DNA from: Acidobacteriota bacterium
GTDB taxonomy: Bacteria > Acidobacteriota > Vicinamibacteria > Vicinamibacterales > 2-12-FULL-66-21
Reading direction: 5' to 3'
Assembly: GCA_046727175.1 (NCBI GenBank)
Contig: JBKPCD010000144.1
Location: 8,384 to 72,383 of the forward strand
Length of the DNA: 64,000 nt
A program made the translations under genes and the position numbers. Positions within the stretch are counted from its first letter, which is position 1. The number at the start of each line of letters is the position of its first letter. Below are positions 36,024 to 44,773 of this stretch, piece after piece. The notes beneath the pieces were generated by a model. The model searched no databases. It saw only the letters and a list, made by a program, of their open reading frames with translations, and was not told the origin of the DNA.

Positions 36024-36375
36024 CCCGACTGACAGAATTGTGCGTACGCTGCCAGATTCTGCTGATTATCTCCGGTTTTTGCGCTCATTCCGGCGCCCTC
36101 ACCGTCGCTTTAAATGTCCATGAACTGCTGAGAAAGATTCTGCGTGCCGGATCTGGCAGTCGGTTTGAAGGGACATCAGTCACGTTCGATGTCGGCCATC
36201 TGATTCTGGACGCCGAGCATCATCACCCGGCGACCCACGAGCTCGGGGGAGTATGGTTACGACCTTTCCGAGTGGCGACGGTCCCAAACCGACCGCGCGG
36301 AGTTTGCGCGGTGAGGTGGGAGAACGCACACTCGACACGGACGGTGAGACGGACGTAAGGTTGCTTCGAGCGCGT

Positions 36376-37173
36376 ATGCCCCCCGGCGGCGGTCCCGACC
36401 CCGGTTCCAATCTATCGGCCGTTTACGACGAACATTTCAGCGTCGTCCCCGCGAACACGCCCGACCTTCTCGACGCCGCGTACGCGCTGCGATATCAGGT
36501 CTACTGCGTGGAACACGCGTTCGAGGATCCGGCGCAGCAAACGGGCGACCGCGAGAGGGACCACTACGACGCGCACTCGGTCCACGCCGTGCTCGTGTCG
36601 AAACGAACCGGCGCGGTCGTCGGGTGTGTTCGTCTGATTCTTCCAGCCACGGGTCTAGGCGATCCAGGGAGTGCTCGTGCGCCTTTCGCCAACAGCGACC
36701 AAGCTCTGCCGATACGACGTCTTTTGAGCGCCCAGGATCGCCAACGGCTCGATACGTACCCGCGAGAGCGAACAGCGGAAATCTCCCGCTACGCGATCTC
36801 CAAGATGTTCAGGCGCCGCGAGGGAGAAAGCCTGTACGCCGACGTGCACATGGGCGACCTTCAGGCCAACGATGCCCGCCGCCTCGCGCCGCACGTGAGC
36901 CTCGGACTCATCAGGGGCGTGGGCAAGCTGGCCGCGTATCACGGGATCACCAACGTCTGCGCGGCGATGGCGCCTCCACTCCTGCGGCTGCTCGAGCGCT
37001 TCGGTCTCGTGTTCGAGCGGCTCGGCCCAGCGATCGAGTATCACGGCCTGCGGCAGCCGTGCATCGCGAATTGCGAAGCGCTCCTCGCGGGCCTGGAGCA
37101 CCGCAATCCGGATTATTACCGTGTTGTTGCGAAGGAATACCGCGGAGTGAGCGTTCCGAAGCCCGCGAATTAG
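36376..37173 (+). CDS. PEP-CTERM/exosortase-associated-type acyltransferase (FeeM/N-acyl amino acid synthase-like GNAT)
   Basis: FSVVPANTPDLLDAAYALRYQVYCVEHAFE, HSVHAVL, VGCVRLILP, AEISRYAISKMFRR, GITNVCAAMAPPLLRLLERFGLVFERLGPAIEYHGLRQPC match my recollection of the TIGR03694-type family. An alternative start is at 36253. Confidence 0.7.
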   Translation: MPPGGGPDPGSNLSAVYDEHFSVVPANTPDLLDAAYALRYQVYCVEHAFEDPAQQTGDRERDHYDAHSVHAVLVSKRTGAVVGCVRLILPATGLGDPGSARAPFANSDQALPIRRLLSAQDRQRLDTYPRERTAEISRYAISKMFRRREGESLYADVHMGDLQANDARRLAPHVSLGLIRGVGKLAAYHGITNVCAAMAPPLLRLLERFGLVFERLGPAIEYHGLRQPCIANCEALLAGLEHRNPDYYRVVAKEYRGVSVPKPAN

Positions 37174-37174
37174 T

Positions 37175-37222
37175 CAGGCTCTGGGCTCACGGCTTTGGGC
37201 CGCGCCAAGAGCCCAGAGTCTT
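37175..37222 (+). terminator. Hairpin of GGCTC/GAGCC units after the acyltransferase gene (terminator candidate)
   Basis: CAGGCTCTGGGCTC (37175-37188) pairs with GAGCCCAGAGTCTT (37209-37222) with one mismatch. It starts 2 nt after the stop codon. Confidence 0.5.
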
Positions 37223-37260
37223 CAGCCGAAAGCCTTGTTCGATCCCCACATCGGCGTAGA

Positions 37261-39465
37261 ATGCGCCACATGGCGCATCCATGGTCTCGCCGCGATTTTC
37301 TCGAGATCACCACTGCCGCCGGCGCATTCGCGTCGCTTGGCGCTCCTCGCGCGCCGGCGATCGGTGCCGCGACAGCGGCGGCACAGACGCCCGGCGCGGA
37401 AGGCTGGTTCGACACGCCGATGCGCTGGGTGCAGCTCACGCTCGTCGAGAACGATCCCGGCCGCTTCGACCCGCAGTTCTGGCTCGATTACTTTCGCCGG
37501 CTCCACGCCGACGCGGCCACGCTCAGCGCCGGCGGGATCGTCGCCTACTATCCCACGGACATTCCCCTGCATCATCGAAGCGCGTGGTTGGGGACGAGCG
37601 ATCCGTTCGGGGCGCTCGTTGCCGGCTGCCGCGCGCTCGGGATGCGCGTCGTCGCGCGAACGGATCCGCATGCGGTTCGTGAGGACGTCCGCGTCGCGCA
37701 CCCGGATTGGATTGCGGTCACGCGAAGCGGCGAGCCGCTGCGGCATTGGGCCAATCGCGATCTCTGGGTGACCTGCGCGCTCGGCCCGTACAACTTCGAT
37801 TTCATGGACCAGGTCCATCGCGAGATCGTGTCGAAGTACAAGGTCGACGGGATCTTCTCGAACCGCTGGGCGCCGCAGGGAGGCGACTGTTTCTGCGTTC
37901 ACTGCCAGGAGAACTTCAGGAACGCGACCGGCGGCGAGCTCCCGCGTACGACTGACGCGCGGGATCCGGCGCGGCGCCGATTCATCGAGTGGCGCAAGGC
38001 ACGGCTGACCGATCTCTGGAAGCGCTGGGACGCGACGGTGCGCGCGGCAAACCCCGAAGCGCGGTTCATTCCGAACGGGCCGCCGGATCTGAAGACGGCG
38101 GGCGAGCTCGCTGCGATTCAGTTCACGGACAATCAAGCGCGCCGCGGGCTCAGTCCGCCCTGGGCAAATGGCCGGCGAGCGAAGGAGTACCGGTCGGTGA
38201 TGGGCCGTCGACCGATTGGCGGCATCTTCAGCGTTGGCCTCGAAGAGCCATACCGGTGGAAAGACTCGGTCCAGAGCGAACCCGAGATTCGGCTGTGGGT
38301 CGCCGAAGGCACGGCAAATGGCATGCGCCCCTGGGTGACGAAGTTCTCCGGCGTGTTGTACGACAAGCGCTGGCTGCCTGCGGTCGAACGGATGTATCAA
38401 TGGCACTTCAGTCACGAGCGATATCTCCGCAACGAGGCTGCGCTCGCGCGCGTTGCCCTGCTTCACTCCGAGCAGACGGCGACCTACTATCCCGGCATCA
38501 CACAAGGCGATCGTCACGAAGATCACATGCTCGGGATGTACCACGCGCTCGTCGAGGCCCGAGTGCCGTTCGAGTTCGTGCACGAGGCGTTCCTCACGCC
38601 GGAACGGCTCGACCCGTTCAGGCTATTGATCCTCGCGGACGCGGCGGCGCTGTCCGACCCGCAGTGCGACGCCATCCGTCAGTACGTCAAACGTGGCGGG
38701 AGCATCCTCGCGACGTTTGCCACATCGTTGTTCGACGAAACCGGCCAACGTCGATCCGACTTCGGGCTCGCTGATCTGTTCGGGGTGTCGTTCGGCGGGC
38801 GAATCGAGGGGCCGATGCAGAACTCGTATCTGAGCCTCGACGAGGAGGGTGCGGGACGACGTCACCCGCTCCTCGACGGGTTCGAGGACGCGTCGCGGAT
38901 CATTAACGGCGTGTTCCGCATCGAGGTAAAGCCGACCCGAGACTTTCCGTCTCCGATCACCCTTATCCCGACGTATCCCGATCTTCCGATGGAGGACGTG
39001 TATCCACGCGTGCCGCATACCGACACGCGCGAGGTGTACCTGACCCAGGCAGGTCAGAGTCGCGTCATCTATATACCGTGGGACATCGATCGGACGTTCT
39101 GGGAAGTCATGTCGGTCGACCACGGCCGGCTGTTGCGCAATGCCGTGAAATGGGCGGTGAACGAAACGGCTCCTGTCGAGATCGACGGCCCGGGGCTGCT
39201 CGACGTCACGATCTGGCGGCAGCGCGCCTCGATGACGGTACACCTCGTCAACCTGACGAATCCGATGATGATGAAGGGACCGCTGCGTGAGGTGATCCCG
39301 ATCGGACCGTTTCATGCGCGAATCCGAATTCCTTCGGGAACCAAGCCGAAGAGCGTGCGGCTGCTGACAGCAGGAACATCGGCGCGCCTCGAAGAAGCAG
39401 GAGGAGTGGTCACGTTGACGGTGCCGTCAGTGGACGTTCACGAAGTAATAGCGATCGACTTGTGA
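37261..39465 (+). CDS. TAT-exported putative glycoside hydrolase (GHL6-like N-domain + GH42-type trimerisation/GATase1-like domain)
   Basis: Twin-arginine signal WSRRDFLEITTAAGAFASLGA. N-terminal TIM-barrel-like region. Central RVALLHSEQT..YHALVEARVPFEFVHE..FRLLILADAAALSD..YVKRGGSILATF resembles the beta-galactosidase trimerisation domain. Confidence 0.55.
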   Translation: MRHMAHPWSRRDFLEITTAAGAFASLGAPRAPAIGAATAAAQTPGAEGWFDTPMRWVQLTLVENDPGRFDPQFWLDYFRRLHADAATLSAGGIVAYYPTDIPLHHRSAWLGTSDPFGALVAGCRALGMRVVARTDPHAVREDVRVAHPDWIAVTRSGEPLRHWANRDLWVTCALGPYNFDFMDQVHREIVSKYKVDGIFSNRWAPQGGDCFCVHCQENFRNATGGELPRTTDARDPARRRFIEWRKARLTDLWKRWDATVRAANPEARFIPNGPPDLKTAGELAAIQFTDNQARRGLSPPWANGRRAKEYRSVMGRRPIGGIFSVGLEEPYRWKDSVQSEPEIRLWVAEGTANGMRPWVTKFSGVLYDKRWLPAVERMYQWHFSHERYLRNEAALARVALLHSEQTATYYPGITQGDRHEDHMLGMYHALVEARVPFEFVHEAFLTPERLDPFRLLILADAAALSDPQCDAIRQYVKRGGSILATFATSLFDETGQRRSDFGLADLFGVSFGGRIEGPMQNSYLSLDEEGAGRRHPLLDGFEDASRIINGVFRIEVKPTRDFPSPITLIPTYPDLPMEDVYPRVPHTDTREVYLTQAGQSRVIYIPWDIDRTFWEVMSVDHGRLLRNAVKWAVNETAPVEIDGPGLLDVTIWRQRASMTVHLVNLTNPMMMKGPLREVIPIGPFHARIRIPSGTKPKSVRLLTAGTSARLEEAGGVVTLTVPSVDVHEVIAIDL

Positions 39466-39477
39466 TGGCACCGCTTG

Positions 39478-39553
39478 ACAGGAGACCAGGAGATCAGGAG
39501 GACATCTTCTGGAACTCTTGTTGTTGGCCTTCGTGGCCTTGGTGGTCTTCGTG
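39478..39553. repeat. CAGGAGA-unit run plus a 9-nt GGCCTTCGT-type tandem in a convergent spacer
   Basis: ACAGGAGACCAGGAGATCAGGAGGA (39478-39502) and GGCCTTCGTGGCCTTGGTGGTCTTCGTG (39526-39553). Confidence 0.8.
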
Positions 39554-39603
39554 CGGTCGCCGTCGGCGCGTGACTGTGAAAGTCCTTCGAGTTGCAGCAC
39601 ATG

Positions 39604-41037
39604 CTAGTGTGCGGACGGGTCGGGCCGATCGGTAATCTGCAGCCGGGCGCCCAAAAGACTGCGCGTGAGAGGTCCGCCGTCGAAAACGAGCTCGTGGAGC
39701 GCCGCTGTGACGTGACGATCGTCGATCTCGCCATCATCGCGATCGTCGAGCGCGAGCAGCGCCGCTCGCCTCATCAACTCGCGCATGAAGGCCGCACTTG
39801 CTCCTGCGGTCTGTGCCACGACCGCGTGCCACGACGTAACCGACACGTTCAATCCGCGCGCGTAGAGATCGATCAGACGCCGTCGGCACTCCGCATCGGG
39901 AAGCGGAATCTCAATGGCGAGATCGATCCGCCCCGGTCGCGACGCCAACGCCGGCTCGAGAATATCGGGCCGATTGGTGGTCAGCAGGAACAGCACATCG
40001 GCATCATCCTGCAATCCGTCCATCTGGTTCAGGAGCTCATAGAGGAGCGGATTGCACATCGTCGCGGGATGGGACCGCTGCTCCGCGATCAGGTCGACAT
40101 CCTCCAGCAGCACGGTCGCCGGCTGCAGCACGCGAGCCATGGCACACGCCGGACGAAGCAGCCCGAGCTCGGGGCCGGCCAGCAGCAGGACCGTACGGTC
40201 GCGCATCTGCGACGAGAGATACATCGCGGTCAATGTCTTCCCCGTCCCGGGCGGGCCGTAGAGCAGCATTCCCCGGCGGAGGTGACGGCCGGCGGCACGC
40301 AGGCGATCGCGCAATTCCGCAAAACGAATCGTCTGCCGTTCGATCCGTTCCAGGAGACCCGCGGGGAGAATGATCTGATCGCGAGCGATTGTCGGGAGCC
40401 TGTGAAACTGTACGCTCAGCTCACCGTGACCTCCTTGCCCAAGCTGCAACACGCGGCTTCGATAAATGTTTCGCTCGCGCATCGCGCGCCTGATGGCAGC
40501 GAGCACACGGTCGGCGACAGCTCGATCGCGCGCCATGACTTCTAGCGAAACCTGGCGACGATGGCCGAAATCGCTCGGACCGCGGAGCAGCAAGGCGATC
40601 CGCTCGTCGTCGTCGCGAATCAGATAGAGCCCGCGCTGAACGCAGGTCACGACCTCGCCCTCCTGCAGATCCAGGTTGACGTACTGGACCGGCCCGTCGG
40701 TGACGGCGGTCGGCGAGGCGGCACTCATCCGCGCGAGCAGCTGCGCGAACGTGATCTCCATCCACTGCACGTCGCTCGATACGCCGATGAGCTCCGCCGA
40801 ACGGCCGTTCGACGCCAAGTACCTCTCTACGGCCAGGTGCAGGTTCGGATGCTCGTGTGCCTCGAAGGACTCCGTGACGATCGGGAAAGTCTTCACGTCG
40901 CCATCGAAATGCGCGAGGAGGGCACGCAACACCGACGGCGGCTCCGCCGATGCCTGGGCGGCTGCTTCCTGCAAAGACGTGAGAAACGCCGCGCCGAACG
41001 CTTTCATCGACTCCGGATCGTTCTGATCGCCAACCAT
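39604..41037 (-). CDS. Stand-alone classical AAA+ ATPase with an uncharacterised ~240-aa N-terminal domain
   Basis: Walker [12 protein letters not shown], Walker B VLLEDVDL, second region of homology [20 protein letters not shown]. The N-domain has no motif I recognise. ATG at 41037 is preferred over the TTG at 41121. Confidence 0.8.
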   Translation of the reverse strand: MVGDQNDPESMKAFGAAFLTSLQEAAAQASAEPPSVLRALLAHFDGDVKTFPIVTESFEAHEHPNLHLAVERYLASNGRSAELIGVSSDVQWMEITFAQLLARMSAASPTAVTDGPVQYVNLDLQEGEVVTCVQRGLYLIRDDDERIALLLRGPSDFGHRRQVSLEVMARDRAVADRVLAAIRRAMRERNIYRSRVLQLGQGGHGELSVQFHRLPTIARDQIILPAGLLERIERQTIRFAELRDRLRAAGRHLRRGMLLYGPPGTGKTLTAMYLSSQMRDRTVLLLAGPELGLLRPACAMARVLQPATVLLEDVDLIAEQRSHPATMCNPLLYELLNQMDGLQDDADVLFLLTTNRPDILEPALASRPGRIDLAIEIPLPDAECRRRLIDLYARGLNVSVTSWHAVVAQTAGASAAFMRELMRRAALLALDDRDDGEIDDRHVTAALHELVFDGGPLTRSLLGARLQITDRPDPSAH

Positions 41038-41280
41038 ATGGTTCGCTCGAGAGCAGGTCCGAACGGGCAGTATAGGCCGGGTCTCGCCGATCGTGACCGT
41101 GATAACCTTCTCGCCGCACAACTAGCGAGGCTCCGCCTGAGACCGTCCAGGCTCCGCCTCGCTAGATTGCATCGCTTGATTACGCCGCGCTGCCGCGCGG
41201 ACGGCCTTGACCGAAAACTTGACTCAAAAACTCAGATGCGAGTCGGTCAAGGCCTCTCGTCTCCAGCAACGGAGTGCGTC

Positions 41281-42849
41281 ATGAGGAACTCCTTCCTGTT
41301 CGGCTCGGTTGCTGCGTGTCTGTTCGCGGCATCGGCGATTCGCGCACGCGCCCTCGACGCGGAGCCGCTCGGCATCTTCACCGACCACGGCGACGTCGGC
41401 GTTCCGTCGACAATCGGCCCTGGCTCGTCGTCCTACGATCCGGTCGCGAAGACCTACACGATCATCGGCGGCGGCGAGAACATGTGGAGCTCCTCGGATC
41501 ACTTCCATTACGTGTGGAAGAAGGTCTCGGGTGATCTGACGCTGGACGCAACGATCGAATTCGGCGAAGGCAGCGGCGCCGGCACCCCGGAACCTCATCG
41601 GAAGGCGTGCCTCGTCCTCCGTCAGACACTCGATCGCGACGCTGTCTACGCTGACGCCGCAACGCACGGCGACGGGCTGACGTCACTCCAGTGGCGCGAC
41701 ACAACCGGCGGTGCCACCCACGAGGTGCAATCGGACGCGATCGGTCCGAAACGTATCCGGGTCGAGAAGCGCGGCATGTACGTGTCGATGTCGATTGCTG
41801 CGGCCGGAGAAGAGCTCCATCCGGCCGGTGGATCCGCGAAGGTCGAGCTCACGGGCGAGTTCTACGTCGGCCTCGCCGTCTCGGCGCACCACGCGGGCCG
41901 TCTCGAGAAAGTGACCTTCTCGGACGTTCAGCTGGGAACACCTCCTCCTGCAACCGGGGCGACCACCTTGATCAATACGCTCGAAACGATCAGCCTCCGA
42001 TCGAAGGATCGTCGTGTCGCGTACGTCGTCACGCAGCCCGGCCGCATCGAAGCGCCGAACTGGTTCCCTGACGCGACGAACACGTTGTACTTCAACACCG
42101 GTGGCAAGCTGTACAAAGTACAGGCTGATCCGCCAGGTGCCGCTCGGAACTCCAACAGGGTGAGCGTCCCTCAGCCTGTCGACCTCGGCATTCTCACGCG
42201 GATCAACAATGACCACGGCGTGACGACCGATGGCAAGTTCTGGGCGATCAGCGATCAATCACAAACGATCAATGGCCAGCGGCCCTCCCTCATTTACACG
42301 GTTCCTGTCGGCGGCGGCCCAGCCAAACGCGTCACTGAACAGGGCCCATCGTATTTTCACGGCTGGTCGCCGGACGGAACGCGGCTCGCGTACTGCGCGC
42401 AGCGCAACGGTAACTTCGATGTGTATACGATCGCCGCGGACGGCGGGCCGGAGACGCGCCTGACGACCGCTGAGGGGAAAGACGATGGCCCCGAGTACTC
42501 ACCCGACGGGCAGTACATCTATTTCAACTCCGAGCGAAGCGGCGCGATGCAGATCTGGCGCATGAAGCCGGATGGCTCCCAGCAGGAGATGGTCACGAAA
42601 GACGACGGTGAAAACTGGTTTCCGCACATATCGCCGAACGGTCAAACGATGGTGTTCCTGACATATGAGAGGGGTGTGGGCGATCACCCCGAGAACAAGG
42701 ACGTGATGCTGCGAGTCATGGACCTCAGCACCGGAAAGCTCGATGTGCTCGCGAAGCTGTTCGGAGGTCAGGGCACGATCAACGTATCCTCGTGGTCGCC
42801 GAACAGTCAGTACCTCGCGTTCGTGAGTTACCAGATCGTGCCGCAGTGA
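41281..42849 (+). CDS. Secreted protein: ConA/DUF1349-like N-domain + TolB-type (PD40) beta-propeller
   Basis: Signal [26 protein letters not shown]40 units: [51 protein letters not shown]. The track ORF from 40561 is an artefactual upstream extension. Confidence 0.75.
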   Translation: MRNSFLFGSVAACLFAASAIRARALDAEPLGIFTDHGDVGVPSTIGPGSSSYDPVAKTYTIIGGGENMWSSSDHFHYVWKKVSGDLTLDATIEFGEGSGAGTPEPHRKACLVLRQTLDRDAVYADAATHGDGLTSLQWRDTTGGATHEVQSDAIGPKRIRVEKRGMYVSMSIAAAGEELHPAGGSAKVELTGEFYVGLAVSAHHAGRLEKVTFSDVQLGTPPPATGATTLINTLETISLRSKDRRVAYVVTQPGRIEAPNWFPDATNTLYFNTGGKLYKVQADPPGAARNSNRVSVPQPVDLGILTRINNDHGVTTDGKFWAISDQSQTINGQRPSLIYTVPVGGGPAKRVTEQGPSYFHGWSPDGTRLAYCAQRNGNFDVYTIAADGGPETRLTTAEGKDDGPEYSPDGQYIYFNSERSGAMQIWRMKPDGSQQEMVTKDDGENWFPHISPNGQTMVFLTYERGVGDHPENKDVMLRVMDLSTGKLDVLAKLFGGQGTINVSSWSPNSQYLAFVSYQIVPQ

Positions 42850-42859
42850 ATGACAGTGC

Positions 42860-42879
42860 GACGCGTGCGGCGACGCGTC
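42860..42879 (+). terminator. Candidate intrinsic terminator hairpin after the TolB-like gene
   Basis: Stem GACGCGT / ACGCGTC (7 bp) with loop GCGGCG, 11 nt after the stop codon, followed by AGTGATTTCT. Confidence 0.4.
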
Positions 42880-43357
42880 AGTGATTTCTACACGACTCAC
42901 CTGTTTTTCGTCGCATGTTTCGAGGCCGCGAATCGAGTAATCCTTTCGCGGTCGCGTGACGACCGCTCGACGAACGCGCCACATTCCGACGAAACGCGAT
43001 ACACCTGAACGGCGCCTCGTGACACGCACGAATACAACTCAGCGTCGATCGCTCGGCACGAGCGTCCATCGGTGTCGATCTCGTGACGCTGGTACGTGCG
43101 TTGCTCCTTCGATGTGTACTGAGACCGACAGGACGCGGTAATAAGAGTGCTTTTGCGAGCCCGGCTGGAGGAATTCGCGGGCTTGCGTGGTTTGGCGTGC
43201 GCGATTCCCACAAACGCTGAAGTTCGACTGACGAGCGAGCGTCTCGCGCGTACGCGCGTGTACGCACGCAAAGAGCAGCGGTCCGCGACCGGTGTGTCGT
43301 CCGCTCCCGAAAGCGTCCGCGTCCGTGAACGTGAAGACGGTCTCAGAGGAGGTTTAG

Positions 43358-43768
43358 ATGGCAGGTACGTTCGCACAAAGCAGTCCCTGGACCGTTTCGC
43401 CATTCGGCACGTCCGGCATCGGCGGCAATCCATGGGTCTACCAACCCCAGTTCGCGCAGACGCCGACCGGCAGTCCCTACGGCGGATATGGGACGTTTGG
43501 CTCCTACTCGACACTGCCAGCGCAGCAGATCATGCAGTCGCTTCAGATCGTTCCTCAGCAGCTACAGCAGCTGCTGCAGCTCGCTCATGTGCAGCAGCAG
43601 CAGGTGCAGTATCTCCTTCAGGTCGTCCCGCAGCAGATCCAGCAGCTTCAGCAGGTTCTGGCGCAGGCGACGCTTCAGGGGATCGTCGGGCAGCCGTTCG
43701 GTAATCCGTTCCAGCACGCGTCACCCGGAGCGGGGACGTTTGGTGGACAGCCGGGCTATTTGATGTAG
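43358..43768 (+). CDS. Small Gln/Leu-rich coiled-coil protein flanked by Gly/Pro/aromatic low-complexity tails
   Basis: Strong SD (AGAGGAGG) 7 nt upstream of the ATG. 136 aa. The core contains IVPQQLQQLLQL and VVPQQIQQLQQVL. No signal peptide. CAG/CTG-rich DNA also gives shadow ORFs on the other strand. Confidence 0.55.
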   Translation: MAGTFAQSSPWTVSPFGTSGIGGNPWVYQPQFAQTPTGSPYGGYGTFGSYSTLPAQQIMQSLQIVPQQLQQLLQLAHVQQQQVQYLLQVVPQQIQQLQQVLAQATLQGIVGQPFGNPFQHASPGAGTFGGQPGYLM

Positions 43769-43862
43769 CTCGGACCGCACGTAATCACACATGGCCTGCG
43801 GTCGAGCGACCGCAGGCCGCTGTACGTCGCGACACATTTCATGATCAGGAAGGAGAACTCAG

Positions 43863-44414
43863 ATGTCAGAAGCATTCTTCGGGCTGGGACAGCCGATGTG
43901 GACCGGCCTTCCGGCGCCCGGCTTCAGCTGGTTTCAGCCGGCGTCACCGGCGATCAATCGCGCTGGCGCAACGCCGTTCGCGATGAATCCCATTCCGCCC
44001 GTTCCGCTGGTTCAGAACATGATCCCGTTCGCGGTGCCGGCCTCGTATCCGGGACTGAACGGCCCGGATGTGATGCCCAGCCCAAACGCACTGGCGTTGC
44101 TGTCGGCGACGGCTCTGCGGCGCGGCCAACCGATGGGCCCGACCAACGATCAGGAGATTGAGGAGTTCATCTACGAGACGCTCGACCTCCTGCCCGGAGC
44201 AAACGACGTCGAGCTGCGCTCGGAAGGCGGTCGCATCACCTTCACCGGCAGCGTGCATCACAAACGGTTGAAGCGCGACATCGGCGAAATTGGCTGGGCG
44301 ATTCCCGGTGTGAATGACGTTCAAAACAATCTGGTGATTACGACGCGGCGCCGGGCGCGGACCGCCGGCCGGGAGCCGGAACCGCCGAATCAGCCGGCGC
44401 GAAAGCAGGCGTGA
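43863..44414 (+). CDS. BON-domain protein with a Pro/Phe/Gly-rich N-terminal low-complexity region
   Basis: SD GGAAGGAG upstream. C-terminal BON-like segment DVELRSEGGRITFTGSVHHKRLKRDIGEIGWAIPGVNDVQNNLVI. No obvious signal peptide. Confidence 0.75.
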   Translation: MSEAFFGLGQPMWTGLPAPGFSWFQPASPAINRAGATPFAMNPIPPVPLVQNMIPFAVPASYPGLNGPDVMPSPNALALLSATALRRGQPMGPTNDQEIEEFIYETLDLLPGANDVELRSEGGRITFTGSVHHKRLKRDIGEIGWAIPGVNDVQNNLVITTRRRARTAGREPEPPNQPARKQA

Positions 44415-44661
44415 CGTTCGCGGCGTCGACCCACGCAGTCACGGGATCGATCGAGTACCAGCCGTGCTCGCGGCGATACCGCGCACGGCCGCACATCACG
44501 ATCGTCGTCCCTACGAACGGCAGGGGCAAGGGATGCGACGGACGGATCTCCGCCGCGCCCAGAGCTCCGCCGGTATCCGCGAGGCGGAGACGCCAGCCCC
44601 CGTCGAGCAGAGCGCGGATGTGAACGACACGGCCCACGACGGTCACGTGCCAGCCACTCAT
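44338..44661 (-). CDS. Hypothetical small protein (107 aa)
   Basis: ATG start and GC3-rich codons. VVGRVVHIRALLDGGWRLRLADTGG..EIRPSHPLPLPFVGTTIVMCGRARYRREHGWYSIDPV looks protein-like. Its 3' end overlaps the BON gene by 77 nt, so the C-terminus is uncertain. Confidence 0.35.
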   Translation of the reverse strand: MSGWHVTVVGRVVHIRALLDGGWRLRLADTGGALGAAEIRPSHPLPLPFVGTTIVMCGRARYRREHGWYSIDPVTAWVDAANVTPAFAPADSAVPAPGRRSAPGAAS

Positions 44662-44773
44662 GGTCGAGGTGCGCGCAACCTATCACGCATTTGACGAGGC
44701 TGCAACGCACATTTGACGACGATGCAAACGGGGCCGGGGACCCGGAGCCGGGAGCGCAGTATAGTTTCGCGTC

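Noticed and set aside
43193-43208. A sigma-54-like promoter, TGGCGTGCGCGATTCC, upstream of the Q-rich gene.
   Set aside because: The GG is present, but the -12 TTGC element is not at the required spacing.
43358-43768. The Q-rich ORF as a mere artefact of CAG/CTG-rich DNA.
   Set aside because: I considered this seriously, because the opposite strand also has an open frame. I did not reject the gene, for three reasons: a strong SD sits at ideal spacing, the non-repetitive N- and C-terminal tails stay in frame, and a downstream partner gene has a similar composition. Confidence stays moderate.
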